Source: a virus. Taken from it: 64,000 nt of DNA. The DNA is taken from positions 135,764-199,763 of IMG/VR virus record IMGVR_UViG_3300018890_000001; one strand, given 5' to 3'. Shown in pieces: positions 28,901 to 36,848 of the stretch. Every line of letters starts with the position of its first letter. Position 1 is the stretch's first letter. The notes beneath the pieces were generated by a model. The model had not been told where the DNA came from. It searched no databases and saw only the letters and a list, made by a program, of their open reading frames with translations. The position numbers were made by a program, and so were the translations under genes.

Positions 28901-31518
28901 TTGACGCCGGCACGGATCGGATGCTCAAAAATATGGGTATCGATCCAGATGGTTTGATTGTTGCCGTAGCCGAAGCCAAAACTGCAATCTCGACAGGTAT
29001 AAAAGAAGTTGGTTACGCGGTATCCGATCGCTGGCGTTACTTAGAAAGAAGCAATGGTGGAAATCTCAGTGCAATGATGACGACTGATCTTAAGAAAGCT
29101 GGTGGCGCGTTCCGTATTCTCAAGGGAGATGTCGCTGATTTTGCCAAGCGCGCCGGAACTTCTCTCAGTCAGATGGATTGGGTGGGTTTCAAAGCCGCTG
29201 CTGGAGATTTTTGGACTAACCTTAAATTCGGATTAGGTCAAATTACTTCTGGATTTGGCGGTGCTGGATTGAGCGCGTTGCTGTTCTACGTCCACCTATC
29301 ACCGCTGGCATTTGTTTTAGGTGGGATCGCTTTAGCAGGTTTGGCAATCGCCACCAACTTCTTGGGATTGAGATCTATTCTCATGGGATTGATTCGCTCC
29401 TTTACCGGATTCACGCAAGTCGCTGTATCGAGCGTGATGATGATAATCAACGTTGTTCGCGGTTTGGTGAAGATTTTTGGTGGTATCCCCGACGCCTTGC
29501 GCGGTGACTTTACCAGATTAGGAGAAGGAGTTGAAATCGTTTGGACTGGTATTAAAGACGGTGCTCGCGGTTTGCTCCGAGGACTCGGGAACATCTTTGG
29601 TGGTGGGATTGAAGTTTTAGGGGGAATATTTGAAGGGCTGCGCCAAACAATTAACGTCGTATTCGGACCTGCGCTAATTAATTCAGCGCGTGAAGCTGTA
29701 ACCGCGATCAAGCAATTGTTTGAGTCTGCTGGCGAGACGATTACCTCAGCGCTTAAAAAGCCAGGTCAACTTCTAGACGGCATCGCCAACCGCTTCCGCA
29801 AAGGAAAAGAGCAAGTTACGGATTCACCAATTGGTAGAACGGTGGGGGCGATCGCTGAGGTTGCCAGCGGTAATGCACCAAATATGGATGCTGCCAGAGT
29901 CGCCCACGACTTCGATATGCGAATGCGTGGGAAAGATCCGGATGCAGAACTAACTGCTGGCGATCGGGCGCGCCTCGCTCAAAGTCAGATGGAAAACGTA
30001 CTATCTACTGGATTTGACACTTCGCGACATTTAGGGGTTGATGTTATTCGTCCGACAAGCAATCAAAACGTCTTGAGCGATATCGACGATGAATTGCGGA
30101 GAGCCGAAGCTGGATTGGGAAGTATGAGAGATCGCAGCGTGTCCGCGGCCGGCGCAGCAAACGACGCTTTATCTTCGCTGGGTGTTGCACTCAGTTCGTT
30201 TGCACCGGCACTGGCAGCGCCACTATTTATGGTGGGCGATCTATTGAGTGGATTTACCGGGATGTCGTTGGCTCTACCGCAACTGAGTGCGATGTTCCCA
30301 GGCGTATCCGCAGCAATTGGCGGATTTACTACTGCTTTGTCGGCCGGTGGCTTAACGGCGACTGGCATTATTGCCGGATTGGGTACAGTATTTACCGGCA
30401 CGATGGCGGCAATTAGTTCCGCAGCTTCGATCGCCTGGGTAGCAATTAGTGGACCGATGCTACCGCTGTTTATATTGGTTGCTGGATTAGTTGCTGCGTT
30501 CGTGTTATTCAAAACCAACTTCCTTGGCTTTGGTGACATCGTTTCTGGAGTCTTCACAGGTATCCAAGATGCTTTCGGTGGAATTTGGCAGGTGATCGTC
30601 GACGGTATCCGCGACATTGGATCGACGATCGGTAAAATAGCGGGTTATTTAATCAAGCCACTCGAACCGCTGCTGCAACTATTTGGCATCAGTCCCGGAA
30701 ACCTTGGTAGTCAACTACAAACCGCGTTTGTGTCCAATGCGATCGCCACAATACTTCGACCAATTCAGACGATCGGCTTCGTCATCAAAACAACGCTCCA
30801 AATTGTATTTGCTGTTATCAAAGCGGTTCTGTGGCTCGGTGGATTGATTGTCAGAATTATTTTGACGCCGATCGCGCTTGTCACGAATGCTGTTGCCGGA
30901 ATTCTTCGCGGATTCCAAGCACTCGGCTCAATCCTTGGCTCTGTAATAATGACACCGTTCCAATTCTTGCAAGGTGTGGTGTCTTGGATTTGGAATAAGT
31001 TAATGCAATTGCCTGCACTTCTCGGACAGGCGATCGCCAACGTTCCGTTAATCGGACCTTTGCTTCAGAATTTAGGCAACACTATTTTCCAAGGTGGCGC
31101 GCAAACACCTGTACAGCAGTTCGCATCCGGTGGTGCGGTCGTCGGTCCTGGCTCCGGTACTGCTGACAGGATTCCAGCGTTACTGTCTAATGGTGAATTT
31201 GTAGTATCTGCAAAACCAGCCCAGGAAAATATGGGCTTGTTGACCGCACTCAATGAAGGTCGCAGCGTTGAAGTGATGCCAATGCCTGCACCGACGCGAA
31301 TTCCGCTGGCGATCGCCAGCAAAGGTGAAGCTGTGCAAGCGGATGCCGTACCAAAACAGATGCCACCTGTTGAAATTAATATCAATTTACAAGGTGACAT
31401 AGTATTGGCTGGTACTAATTCAGCAGCAGATGCACAAGAATTTCTCACAAAAATAGAACCTTATCTACAACAAGCTGTATGGGGAATGTTCCGAAATTGG
31501 GTTGATTTTAACCGCTAA
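16987..31518 (+). CDS. Giant tail tape measure protein (~4,843 aa)
   Basis: TP901-like core (AMELQQSLGGVKK..AAGSFFNRL), long amphipathic Ala/Gly repeats and C-terminal FASGG.V.GPGSGT.D.IPA.LSNGEFV motif. Confidence 0.9.
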   Translation: MSDQYGLESNFKFAASSNSFSQMDRVIALLEGIEKATKDTAQTIANTSLGKDLMKSLNADGVKREGKEIQGAVKQIGNALSPLKAEFRALRAESRNIDFGDMTDTHQFKQAASEVDRYIKKLKELENQISGDSPGDREFKAGLQSQQRAAGNKVQMAKANRDAALATERLSFSQAVQGAGQGVIDTFSDPLAAAMELQQSLGGVKKLADDLSAAGAQTLQNQVFNLSARLGIEDTKVASIFEDLAGSGKKFGDEMGGVGSRIAEVEQILKNQQALDISEGAATQLDVTLGSIYKNLVSKDPNAIVELNARVASSVNELADKLSDVRISAEDVIPVMNVVMNTVGDAANFPIDQIAAYSAAIASLGTIEPEAAGSFFNRLSAKMSENTAAFAGALNISSEEFERKLNTDKLGVVTDLAEAYKNVQGGELKQGSFFASIGIGSVQDQKLLQGLSNNLDTLRSAAVVSKAGFMGKEVHETIDATGKKVMSLGENLKQLSIDKEVANRLQQADFQSKRFETSLKALKDTLGSAVVSVLTPLMSIASDIIGAFISLTQIAPGLTKVVASLTFGAGALAVAIGGAGVALFTFQQAQAVATTAAITMQSSLIPLTGFFQTSMNAFKGTFPWTNAFKQSTVVAEEFGVAANGAKGLIAGELQTAFIGLRAQVMMTSQAALGMGRAFMLSPLGIAVGSFLLLDQLLQRANPQVRLLGTLFSVFSSVAGFAFGILEGFVGAFLKLLKVPAGVAGGLLASPFTAIAQALEFAMESFKNWERSGKHIGESIFNILANPFIFAASATAGAWDKTISFIAGLLKPLADLAAYIGHFIQGSLSEASPGPSLMTRKNWAFTAASMVGSFLLMQVSSIVTGTAIRKAMGAAAAWVVTNWQTAVTNVNSFFSGLTLPDTLTNFATEIGNAWNNTFGMMASGWTNFVNVFTSTTPDFGGLAFAGMAAMKPLLAWGLPDIVSENFDKITQPRSPAVSPATAPQIQQPPTVTQPEPILQISEQVQETQTIWQQMWTRIGDLTQQGIDRVRRAIETNLGAGVLAFVDKLGVIVTTFVQHYITIADAFKGQGGNNFAAPFVGAALIIWETAKAAGALSKEFMHFEEGFLHKVIDNFNLLGFTALMLSSMLMNLVTVPFESLRALPGLLGLITGGVLSFFGLGSQKLLEEGASKYVSFLKVFDRPGIGTAIAKGLPGIVAILMGMNVFEDLTQQWTATLIGWSNTLPQIVEGAVVGLESVFNLVEPLLRSVYPEGINIFPAEEVRGQIYATLGEVGAIFATFWQNIATSAGKVGDAIKPIFEAIATVKLMTVPQLFANYMGFGDAVQPVTNFIHSLPLLGMPIAELTVIEAAIGAIFDLLRSPTLKGFVGFLTGPLFNSLVVIGKTFFTLGSTIAIAFLGIPIFIAKNALEKARIAGEATKKGLLAPLVKGATVAKQAVIDQLRLLPGMISGLLRKIPIIGTFVASAFDIAMRGIGKVFVLAQEALPGYLDAMRSQLGVLKTAFVGLGVALQAVGMSLVGAAKYIINEALIPLAEAIGFLNPFKLIALYAQTKGLQGVTKGVNPIDLAVTGIDDAFVAISTKLGAFGKLEGEALKTAQGAFRPLSNLLSASVSTTAKNIADQAKNVAGAVAGGTGEAIDRAFPIRVLSAKLLAVRKTYLSTKAALAYDKAYVMGFNLGPVTEGFVLMRAVFVPMLQIVARAAFSWMTYYTVLEAITPALLNTVDAFARAHTELGFFSKIILGTTFILRVLRFAVVDTTNAVIKFSTTFFKTFQVLAPIVGKTAGIIAYGIGLIIKGATLGVQTLMTVMLLPVVAVSKVMQGILIAVKYVTQQIAAEVASFGQLFGNLLSAITRGDVVGSIVALGRLIPTLIQFGMAIGFFKLSRFVTAGVIFLAGAAVRTAKDGITLFVTSIVPYTFNLARRVGMAITHGIVVGAKQGASTLFFIFAALDRAITRTGNYVANAVGIVGENLAQMRAWAAVGLATLGAIGAAIYIVGSHFNVVARSIQFFGLLGGSMSLPMIAGLSAIIFLFLQTQDGFRELNAMIDALNHPVKWLQDSMANIAKTFSGGINTDWIAFFVEKLIRVIPIVLGGIFLLGFAVKKHIFGGFMLVWDVVKGIANSLINVVRSAKAIPGAVMGIGTEGRILEGVHKTRSTLGLYKNPQSKDARGNEFKLAKESAMLREKVIGNSQAQIVTLAQQQKTDYGHLAREVEVTKGGFLGVGARKQKEWQLTGAGEEFQQKRLAETLEAKTGVFGNNALRDVAKEISPARLGMMQGDELRAIFIKDRPDLAALGRALETIKTQNVSVMNVARMNSGSGNGTGNQSIENIKYGRAELERLNVRGLEGGQDSFASTELGAAQITKALKNLNVPAEQLTDNYTNLSSTTQNTRKFIERLLQYQLAAASGKIDNKAAQGVASATHLQNQFKLDTVDRSKIGDPAQFHELMKDKVAVLQAAIRNGSHAALKDFNFDDVANQLKGATSEEDYQLRLKGAIQNMMGHQLKTVENTFNQTPTIFETEASKLRSIAGETPDKISHGLKGIFSDVMGGIGQAFTNAAKKLPGRREGLSNEALRAIDRQIAGVAPLPDQRAQDSRRSKLEAAQRQLREGQLNSEKQQQVLQNIANLIQRDVYELTHPTMNPEQLRARVDRAKTERERLFNGMRGGNKALEQWITQFTAEEQRAISQQIKEGRFRGGALTTRGEDRTITEGTQRRIVATYNNNEASLARALGYENIKQVEQAFSTDEVLKNAKQGWGAQLRSLIGINEDANAYNKQIDALRTQIDQRVARQTSGFAEREARRNAAMANRESGFLAQLNQVGRSRADFTARLNATQQKAFDDFLKTGKLQSTRPDEQFKGMAKQLGFGEDDVSVQAFKDFQAALGKSENKNIAEYFKNALNNDPEKLRGTGSPFVAADGTQIDNPNERIKELIRNAVPPERRAAAWDQLERMSANRRRSSQNPDALQAWEHAIDYLATGRDTTDLTVDQIAEIGRAMELQGDNESVAMQLRSIANQRNTGFGSITDSIKSFLKNIETDAESVEEYIHNRLTDMSSFSVFGVHPFATLSDVLRNVLFEPIVSLVKGTWKWLANAIGNIGTNAAALKARATGMLASLPGVRTFAQARQRRETDRQSSLQSLSAKMGYENQEKFAEEFKKALASRGITEGRLQNKALQAILNSRRSKGVAETLNTSRFQEIQDNSGKIGEALAATLGLNGSPEEIAKLLAPGGFTTRAVSPLRNYFLKAVVPAIVDVGLAPLKLMWKIVRNPGLSLTAIKTKTGQIADAVADFMVSSYTTIRRTFSYAATQLGKVPLFGKIWGAVSGFFGKIASRIQGMAAPATTQRLREEQARRRSPEVNLSRARGGTFPVENLPDAPQAEIQRLNNTIASLSQFRAQEISRLNPFKRLLVFATTAARGAKEAWRQTAEEISAGGWRGLVARFKRIGYLLKRNISEGSPGPSADTRANWEHTQQSVSANMGEMAASAQVAGQQIQGDMQRTARRSAGFLGALHGAVAGAGKAGMAVGGAITAIGFAAQTASYSLVNMGLLDEASAANLNKFLEIFTLVGAVGGLMAPVMGAIVSSVMAIGSAFALIFNPVTLTMAAITGGILLANEGLKRFAGIDLLGPLFTNVQEPIQGTIAFIQGKIDEVFLWMTDKFGTQLSPILEPMGAAVATIQGAWQGFVDWFTAMPLVQTAIDIGMGLINALNHNPTVQIPLAWEGAIENIKGMLFNLPFVGDLIAGLMKDSLDPTKILGNLFQGFHNMLDQLESSGLARFGGGKMLDGLRGFLGGFGKKKAEVATEIPVEAGVKLNYKESLEAAIRQADFDARSGSATAQAASANLQYQMQTTGGQMDANQLGAAYQGAGGEFLQKAISKENNRLFLDQGAAAKEKRASIEQELQTINQKEVALQASYVQAIEKVQVAAAAPAPTNFIQKLLGGGDQVAKFTAQAEAVSQTMVALKEQKVAIEKQVAASSVVFDAGTDRMLKNMGIDPDGLIVAVAEAKTAISTGIKEVGYAVSDRWRYLERSNGGNLSAMMTTDLKKAGGAFRILKGDVADFAKRAGTSLSQMDWVGFKAAAGDFWTNLKFGLGQITSGFGGAGLSALLFYVHLSPLAFVLGGIALAGLAIATNFLGLRSILMGLIRSFTGFTQVAVSSVMMIINVVRGLVKIFGGIPDALRGDFTRLGEGVEIVWTGIKDGARGLLRGLGNIFGGGIEVLGGIFEGLRQTINVVFGPALINSAREAVTAIKQLFESAGETITSALKKPGQLLDGIANRFRKGKEQVTDSPIGRTVGAIAEVASGNAPNMDAARVAHDFDMRMRGKDPDAELTAGDRARLAQSQMENVLSTGFDTSRHLGVDVIRPTSNQNVLSDIDDELRRAEAGLGSMRDRSVSAAGAANDALSSLGVALSSFAPALAAPLFMVGDLLSGFTGMSLALPQLSAMFPGVSAAIGGFTTALSAGGLTATGIIAGLGTVFTGTMAAISSAASIAWVAISGPMLPLFILVAGLVAAFVLFKTNFLGFGDIVSGVFTGIQDAFGGIWQVIVDGIRDIGSTIGKIAGYLIKPLEPLLQLFGISPGNLGSQLQTAFVSNAIATILRPIQTIGFVIKTTLQIVFAVIKAVLWLGGLIVRIILTPIALVTNAVAGILRGFQALGSILGSVIMTPFQFLQGVVSWIWNKLMQLPALLGQAIANVPLIGPLLQNLGNTIFQGGAQTPVQQFASGGAVVGPGSGTADRIPALLSNGEFVVSAKPAQENMGLLTALNEGRSVEVMPMPAPTRIPLAIASKGEAVQADAVPKQMPPVEININLQGDIVLAGTNSAADAQEFLTKIEPYLQQAVWGMFRNWVDFNR

Positions 31519-31606
31519 CCGTAGTATAAAACTTGACTTTATACTACAATTGTAGTATTATTTTTATATGCCCAAATTCTATACATAAAACGGGCATATA
31601 AAAATC

Positions 31607-32470
31607 ATGCAATTAACAATGAATAACGACCAAGCCACAGTTTCTGCTGCAAAGGTGAACCGTTTCGGAAATTGGATAAGCGCAGTTACAAAGAAAGTAA
31701 CAAGCTTGTTCAAAAAAACCAAAAAAGAAACACCCAAGTTCACATTTTCTACGGTTACTGAAGGCATTAGTTTCATTGAATGGCGTACTTGGTACGACCA
31801 GCAAAGAATTGTAAAAACAGTTGAGACAATAGCAGCTACCAAAACTTATCCAGAGCTTTGTAAAGCATTAGGTATTCATTACCAAGCCTTACCCAAAGTA
31901 GCAACTAAGGTCGTCTTAACCGATAATAATTTCGATCGCCGGATGATAAAGCTTTTTAATTTTGAGGGGTTAAACCCACAGACCCAAGCTTTATTGCTTG
32001 GTGGTGAAACAAAAGCACAGAAACTGCCACGAACTCCTGAGTTCGAGAAAATGTTTCTACAAAATATCAGCACAAGGTCACAAGTAGTCAACAACTACGA
32101 AGGCTGGTGGTTGCGAGAGTTCGCTCTCGAACTGAACGCCATACAAGTGGCGATCGATGTGCCTGAAATTGAACAACCTGCTTTACTTGCATTACCAGCA
32201 ACCGAAGAGGTTATTGAAGTGTCATCTGTTACTGAATCTCAAAAAATAACTGAGCAACATATCAATGTTGAACCAGTCGAGACAGAAATAGTTACATTGA
32301 GTGAAGCTGAAAAGCTCGAAAAAACGATTAAAGGGTTACGAAAATTAAGCCTATCTGATTTAAAAACGTTTGCCAAAGCAAACGACATCCACATCAGAGG
32401 CAAAATGACCCAAATCACAAGCATAAGAGAAAAGATTATCCGAGAGTTACGCAAAAAAGCAGCTTCTTAG
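31607..32470 (+). CDS. Hypothetical protein with C-terminal Rho-N/HeH-like domain
   Basis: LRKLSLSDLKTFAKANDI..IREKIIREL; sigma70-like promoter TTGACT..TATTAT upstream. Confidence 0.65.
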   Translation: MQLTMNNDQATVSAAKVNRFGNWISAVTKKVTSLFKKTKKETPKFTFSTVTEGISFIEWRTWYDQQRIVKTVETIAATKTYPELCKALGIHYQALPKVATKVVLTDNNFDRRMIKLFNFEGLNPQTQALLLGGETKAQKLPRTPEFEKMFLQNISTRSQVVNNYEGWWLREFALELNAIQVAIDVPEIEQPALLALPATEEVIEVSSVTESQKITEQHINVEPVETEIVTLSEAEKLEKTIKGLRKLSLSDLKTFAKANDIHIRGKMTQITSIREKIIRELRKKAAS

Positions 32471-32486
32471 TCTTAGTATCAAACCC

Positions 32487-32563
32487 GTCCGCAACTCGTA
32501 AAACAAACGGAGTAATGAGGGTTGTATATTTCGCTGTAAACAGCACATATATAATTAGAGGAT
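32487..32563 (+). ncRNA. Putative 77-nt structured RNA, copy 1
   Basis: Second copy at 38179-38255 (-) has the same length and compensatory base changes. Confidence 0.65.
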
Positions 32564-32668
32564 AGCAAAAACGCCTAACTAACTAATAAATATATTATTT
32601 AGTTAGGCGTTTTCGTTGTATACGCGTATTGCTTGCGGTATATTGATTGTGTAGTTATTGAACATAGA

Positions 32669-33039
32669 TTTGGCATTCACAACAAAAATCGAAGAACCCA
32701 CAGAGTTTGGAGAGTTTTTAGCTTTGAAACGAGAAGCTATTATTTCCGATCTAATCGATCTTTAATCAGACATGAAGGAAATATCCACACGTGATGAGTT
32801 GTGATTGCGAACACAATGGGATGGATGTTCGGCTTATAGTTACTGATGGTAACTGGGAGTTACACACAGGTGATGTGCAATACGGAACACCACAACACAG
32901 TTTCTGGGGAAGTGGTCAGTTAGACTACGACCTTAAGGAATCTGAATTACAGGAACCTATGGAAAGTCTTGCTGATGACTTGATATCGCAAGTCTTAGAT
33001 GATGATACAGCGCAAGACCTAGATAGTTATTGGCAATAA
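32669..33039 (+). pseudogene. Decayed paralog of 33643-33996
   Basis: In-frame TAA at 32763-32765 and a frameshift near 32800; the DVRL..TGD..FWG.G.LDYD motif is retained. Confidence 0.65.
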
Positions 33040-33044
33040 CAAGC

Positions 33045-33093
33045 ATACAAAGCGGGCGATCGCATTAGATTAATGCGATCGCCCGCTTTGTAT
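33045..33093. terminator. HIP1-containing 23-bp-stem hairpin terminator
   Basis: ATACAAAGCGGGCGATCGCATTA-GAT-TAATGCGATCGCCCGCTTTGTAT. Confidence 0.8.
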
Positions 33094-33161
33094 TTAAATG
33101 ATCTATTTGTATGTGGCATACAATTCATGATATAATAAGCATAACTATTTAGCGAAACAAA

Positions 33162-33542
33162 ATGCAAGTAACAGTAAGATCAGCATCATTTTACGAATCT
33201 ATTCTTGGTAAAATAGAAATTGACGATCGACTTTACAGTATCGTCGGAACCTCTGAAGGCGAAGAATGCTTTAGAGATAATGACGCTGGTGGTCAAGAAT
33301 CATACAACCCTCGATCCTTCCATAAGAATAGATTGTGTAAAAGCGACGGGCAGCTCTATTGGGTTTATCGTCGAAGTAGCGGTAATTTGTACCGAGAGGC
33401 AACTACCAACACAGCAGGTGTTGGAAAGTGGGTAAGCAAACCTGAGACGGGAGAGTTTTACTTGGACGAAAGGTGCAGTCGTATTATCTGGAAAAGAGAA
33501 ATTAAAAAAGACGCACAAGGAGGTCTTTACATATTAGATTAA
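33162..33542 (+). CDS. Hypothetical protein
   Basis: 126-aa ORF with its own TATAAT promoter and terminator. Confidence 0.65.
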   Translation: MQVTVRSASFYESILGKIEIDDRLYSIVGTSEGEECFRDNDAGGQESYNPRSFHKNRLCKSDGQLYWVYRRSSGNLYREATTNTAGVGKWVSKPETGEFYLDERCSRIIWKREIKKDAQGGLYILD

Positions 33543-33642
33543 CAAATAAAGCAGGCGATTGAATCAATATTCGATCGCCAGTTTTTATTGTATACCTGTA
33601 TCAATTGTGGTATATTAATCATGTAGTCGTTCTAAGGATTTT

Positions 33643-33996
33643 ATGCTATACAACGAAGCGGGTATCAATATCGAAGAATTTCTGAATTCAGAGAAAGAAT
33701 CGATAGTTACCGATCTAGAAAATGAGTGGCTCCAAATGAAAAAAGTCCTTACCCGCGACGATCTTATTTGTGAAGATTCAGAAGATTTTAGTGGGCTGGA
33801 TGTCCGACTTAGGTTTCACGAGGGTTATCTAGAAATTTTGACTGGTGACAGCTCAATGGATACAGATTATCGTGGATTCTGGGGCTACGGTAGTCTCGAC
33901 TACGACATTGAACCAGAGGAGCTGACCGAGGCGATGACAACCTTGGCGACTGAACTCATTGAAGGCGTCTTAGAACAGGAAGCTATCTCTCGGTAG
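33643..33996 (+). CDS. Small highly acidic phage protein
   Basis: 117 aa, very D/E-rich; GTAGT leader. Confidence 0.75.
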   Translation: MLYNEAGINIEEFLNSEKESIVTDLENEWLQMKKVLTRDDLICEDSEDFSGLDVRLRFHEGYLEILTGDSSMDTDYRGFWGYGSLDYDIEPEELTEAMTTLATELIEGVLEQEAISR

Positions 33997-34094
33997 TGAT
34001 AAATAATAAAGCGGGCGATCGAATTAAATTAATTCGATCGCCCGCTTTTTTGATGATTTCCCCGAAATTTTGGTAATCCGGAGTCAAAAGTTAT

Positions 34095-35441
34095 CAAAAA
34101 CCTGGGTTGAAAACCCCGTCCTTTTAGGATGACTTTAATTAATTGTAAATTTTTGTTGCAATCCTACCTAATTTGTGCTGACTACGTTAGCACAAATGTG
34201 GAGGTAACGCAATGCTAGTTTTTGAGTTTAAATCTTACGGAAAATCAAACCAGTTTGAGGCAGTGGCTGAAGCAATTCGTACCGCTCAGTTTGTCCGCAA
34301 TAGTTGTTTACGCTATTGGATGGACAATCCTAAGAAAAACAAATACGACCTGAATAAATACTGTGCTGTGCTGGCAGCGACGTTTCCGTTTGCTGACGAA
34401 CTCAATTCAACCGCACGACAAGCCAGTGCCGAACGTGCGTGGGCTGCTATCTCCCGATTCTACGAAAACTGCAAGAAAAAACTTCCCGGTAAAAAAGGAT
34501 ATCCTCAATTCCAGAAAGACTGTCGTTCGGTTGAGTATAAGACTAGCGGTTGGAAGCTTGCTGATGACAGGAAGTCGATAACTTTCAAAGACAAGAAAGG
34601 AATTGGGCGATTAAAACTGAAAGGTACACGCGACCTACACTTTTATCAAATCAACCAAATAAAACGGGTTCGCTTGGTAAAACGTGCAGATGGCGTATAC
34701 GTTCAATTCTGTATTGACGTTGACCGGAAAGAGAACAGAGCCCCGACAGGCAATACCATTGGGTTAGACGTTGGGCTAAAAGAATACTATACCGATTCAA
34801 ACGGAGTCACCGTTGAAAATCCTAGATTCTTGAGAAAAGGTGGACGTGTTCTGAAGCTTAGTCAGCGGCGAGTGTCGCGGAAAGTTAAAGGTTCAAACAA
34901 TAGAGGCAAAGCTCGACAGATTCTTGGCAAGCGCCATCTCAAAATAAGCAGGCAACGTAAAGACCATGCCGTGAAATTGGCAAGGTGCGTGGTTCAGTCA
35001 AACGACTTGATAGCCTACGAAGATTTGAGAATTAAAAACATGGCGCAGAATCACTGTCTTGCTAAGTCTATCAACGACGCATCTTGGTATCAGTTCCGTG
35101 TTTGGCTTGAATATTTTGGAAAAGTATTTGAGCGTGTAACGGTTGCGGTAAATCCGCAGTATACCAGTCAAGAATGCTCTAGTTGCGGTGAAAACGTAAA
35201 AAAATCCCTGTCTACTAGAACTCACGCTTGTAAATGTGGATGTGTATTAGATAGGGATGAAAATGCAGCTAGAAATATCCTAAGTCGGGGATTGGGTACG
35301 GTAGGGCATACCGGAACTTTTGCACTAGATGCAAGCAACGCTTCGGGAGAATTGTCCTCTACTTTGGTTGGAGAAATCCAATTAGAGCAAGTCAGCTCGT
35401 AGATCGAAGAATCCCCGTGCGTTTACGCCGGGGAGTGTCAA
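34095..35441 (+). mobile_element. IS200/IS605-family (tnpB-only) element
   Basis: TTAT target, left end CAAAAACCTGGGTTGAAAACCCCGTCC.. and right end GAATCCCCG..CGGGGAGTGTCAA. Guide tetranucleotides AAAA/TTAT and GAAT/TCAA follow the IS608 pairing rule. Confidence 0.9.
34212..35402 (+). CDS. tnpB: RNA-guided endonuclease TnpB
   Basis: RuvC GLDVG / AYEDL / DRDENAA all intact; CSSC..CKC zinc ribbon. Confidence 0.95.
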   Translation: MLVFEFKSYGKSNQFEAVAEAIRTAQFVRNSCLRYWMDNPKKNKYDLNKYCAVLAATFPFADELNSTARQASAERAWAAISRFYENCKKKLPGKKGYPQFQKDCRSVEYKTSGWKLADDRKSITFKDKKGIGRLKLKGTRDLHFYQINQIKRVRLVKRADGVYVQFCIDVDRKENRAPTGNTIGLDVGLKEYYTDSNGVTVENPRFLRKGGRVLKLSQRRVSRKVKGSNNRGKARQILGKRHLKISRQRKDHAVKLARCVVQSNDLIAYEDLRIKNMAQNHCLAKSINDASWYQFRVWLEYFGKVFERVTVAVNPQYTSQECSSCGENVKKSLSTRTHACKCGCVLDRDENAARNILSRGLGTVGHTGTFALDASNASGELSSTLVGEIQLEQVSS

Positions 35442-35911
35442 TACACGTATGTCGTTACTCAAAATTTTTGTGTAGTGGGAAAACCTAAAAACTTGTGTAA
35501 TGGGTCACAAGACCGATCCGCATCAGATGAACACTGTGTAAGTGATTCAAGAATTTTGATCGGATGCGATCTGTGTGTAACGCGAAAAGTCTAAGAATCG
35601 CGATTACCGAAACCAGAGATACAATCCAAAAACGTATCAACTCAACCGTGATACGAAATATACGGATTGATACGAAAATACTTCACGGAAAATCTGCGAT
35701 TTTAGGATTTTTGCATGAAATCGTTTCACTGCCTGGGATTAAGAGTTTACACGATACCAATCCCGCGATACTTCGATACGTATGTGAATACCTAAAAAAT
35801 AGCAGTTTTGACAAAAATTAGTGCCTTTGATACTTTTTTGATACGTGTCAAAATAAAAGTGGGCGATCGATAATTCCGATCGCCCCCTTTTATTTTATTT
35901 CAACCTACTTT

Positions 35912-36676
35912 TCAACCACCGCGCAACACACGATTTTGAACTTGAATCAGTAACCGTTCACTTGTTTGAGCGACGGCATCGTCGGGATGTACATCTTGAA
36001 GATCAATTAACCGCACTGCCGTATCTTCAACCTCCCGGAGCAGCAACAATTCTTTGGAGGTGAGCGCGTCGCGCAAGCTGTCCGGATCTACTGACAAGTC
36101 TTCAGCAAGCTTTTTAGCTTTGCGACCAAACACGACTAACACTACTTGCTGGCTGGCATTGACGTACAACCATTTTTTGCTGTTTTCAGAAAGTTCGGGG
36201 TGGCGATCGATGTAACTTTTGATAGCATCGGTCAGTTCGCGACGCGCTTCCTTACCTTCAAGTCGAGCGGTTTGCCACGCGCTCAACGCTTTTGTCTCTG
36301 GTGGCTTCCAGCCTGTAATTCCTTGAATCCAGGTAAGCATACCCAAATCAGCAAATTTTTCAAGACTGTATTCTGCGACTTCGTTTCCTTCAAAAGCGTA
36401 GTGTTTAACTGTCGCAGTACAGAAATCAGAGCGAAGGATTTTTACTTTACCGCCACGTTTTACGAAATCTTCCATGAGGTGTAAATCCTTACCTATCCAG
36501 GGTTTCAGGCGTTTTGGTGCCTTACCCTTTATGAGGTCACGAACCAGTGTAGATATCGCTGGTTGGGTAACTCCTGACAACCTTGCTAATCCGGAATAAC
36601 TCATTCCAGACTCACCAGTTTCAACAACGGTAAAAAATTCCACACCATCTTCTTCGACACGTATGATTTGAGACAT
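35912..36676 (-). CDS. Phage antirepressor-like DNA-binding protein
   Basis: TGESGMSYSGLARLSGV HTH; C-terminal ARLEGKEARRELTDAIK is shared with the 15616 gene. Confidence 0.7.
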   Translation of the reverse strand: MSQIIRVEEDGVEFFTVVETGESGMSYSGLARLSGVTQPAISTLVRDLIKGKAPKRLKPWIGKDLHLMEDFVKRGGKVKILRSDFCTATVKHYAFEGNEVAEYSLEKFADLGMLTWIQGITGWKPPETKALSAWQTARLEGKEARRELTDAIKSYIDRHPELSENSKKWLYVNASQQVVLVVFGRKAKKLAEDLSVDPDSLRDALTSKELLLLREVEDTAVRLIDLQDVHPDDAVAQTSERLLIQVQNRVLRGG

Positions 36677-36848
36677 AATGGTAGTGCTCCATTTGAATGT
36701 ATGGGACGAATGCCTGAGACACCGCTTCCGCAAGAATTAGTGTCTCCGGTATTTTATTGTGTTGGTTTGTGTCTATTATAGTATTTTATGCCATACTTAT
36801 TAGATGTTGCTTAGTAAACATTGAAAAGCTAAGGCTTAAACAAAAAAA

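Noticed and set aside
16953-31448. Numerous antisense ORFs within the TMP and other long genes
   Set aside because: Shadow ORFs caused by the codon bias of the sense gene.
32480-32563. 77-nt motif as a hairpin, hammerhead or twister ribozyme, or a SAM-I/glnA riboswitch
   Set aside because: It has NGUC, AAACA, GUAUAUU, GCAAC and GAGGG words, but their order and helices do not fit. Copy 2 lacks GUAUAUU and there is no CUGANGA core.
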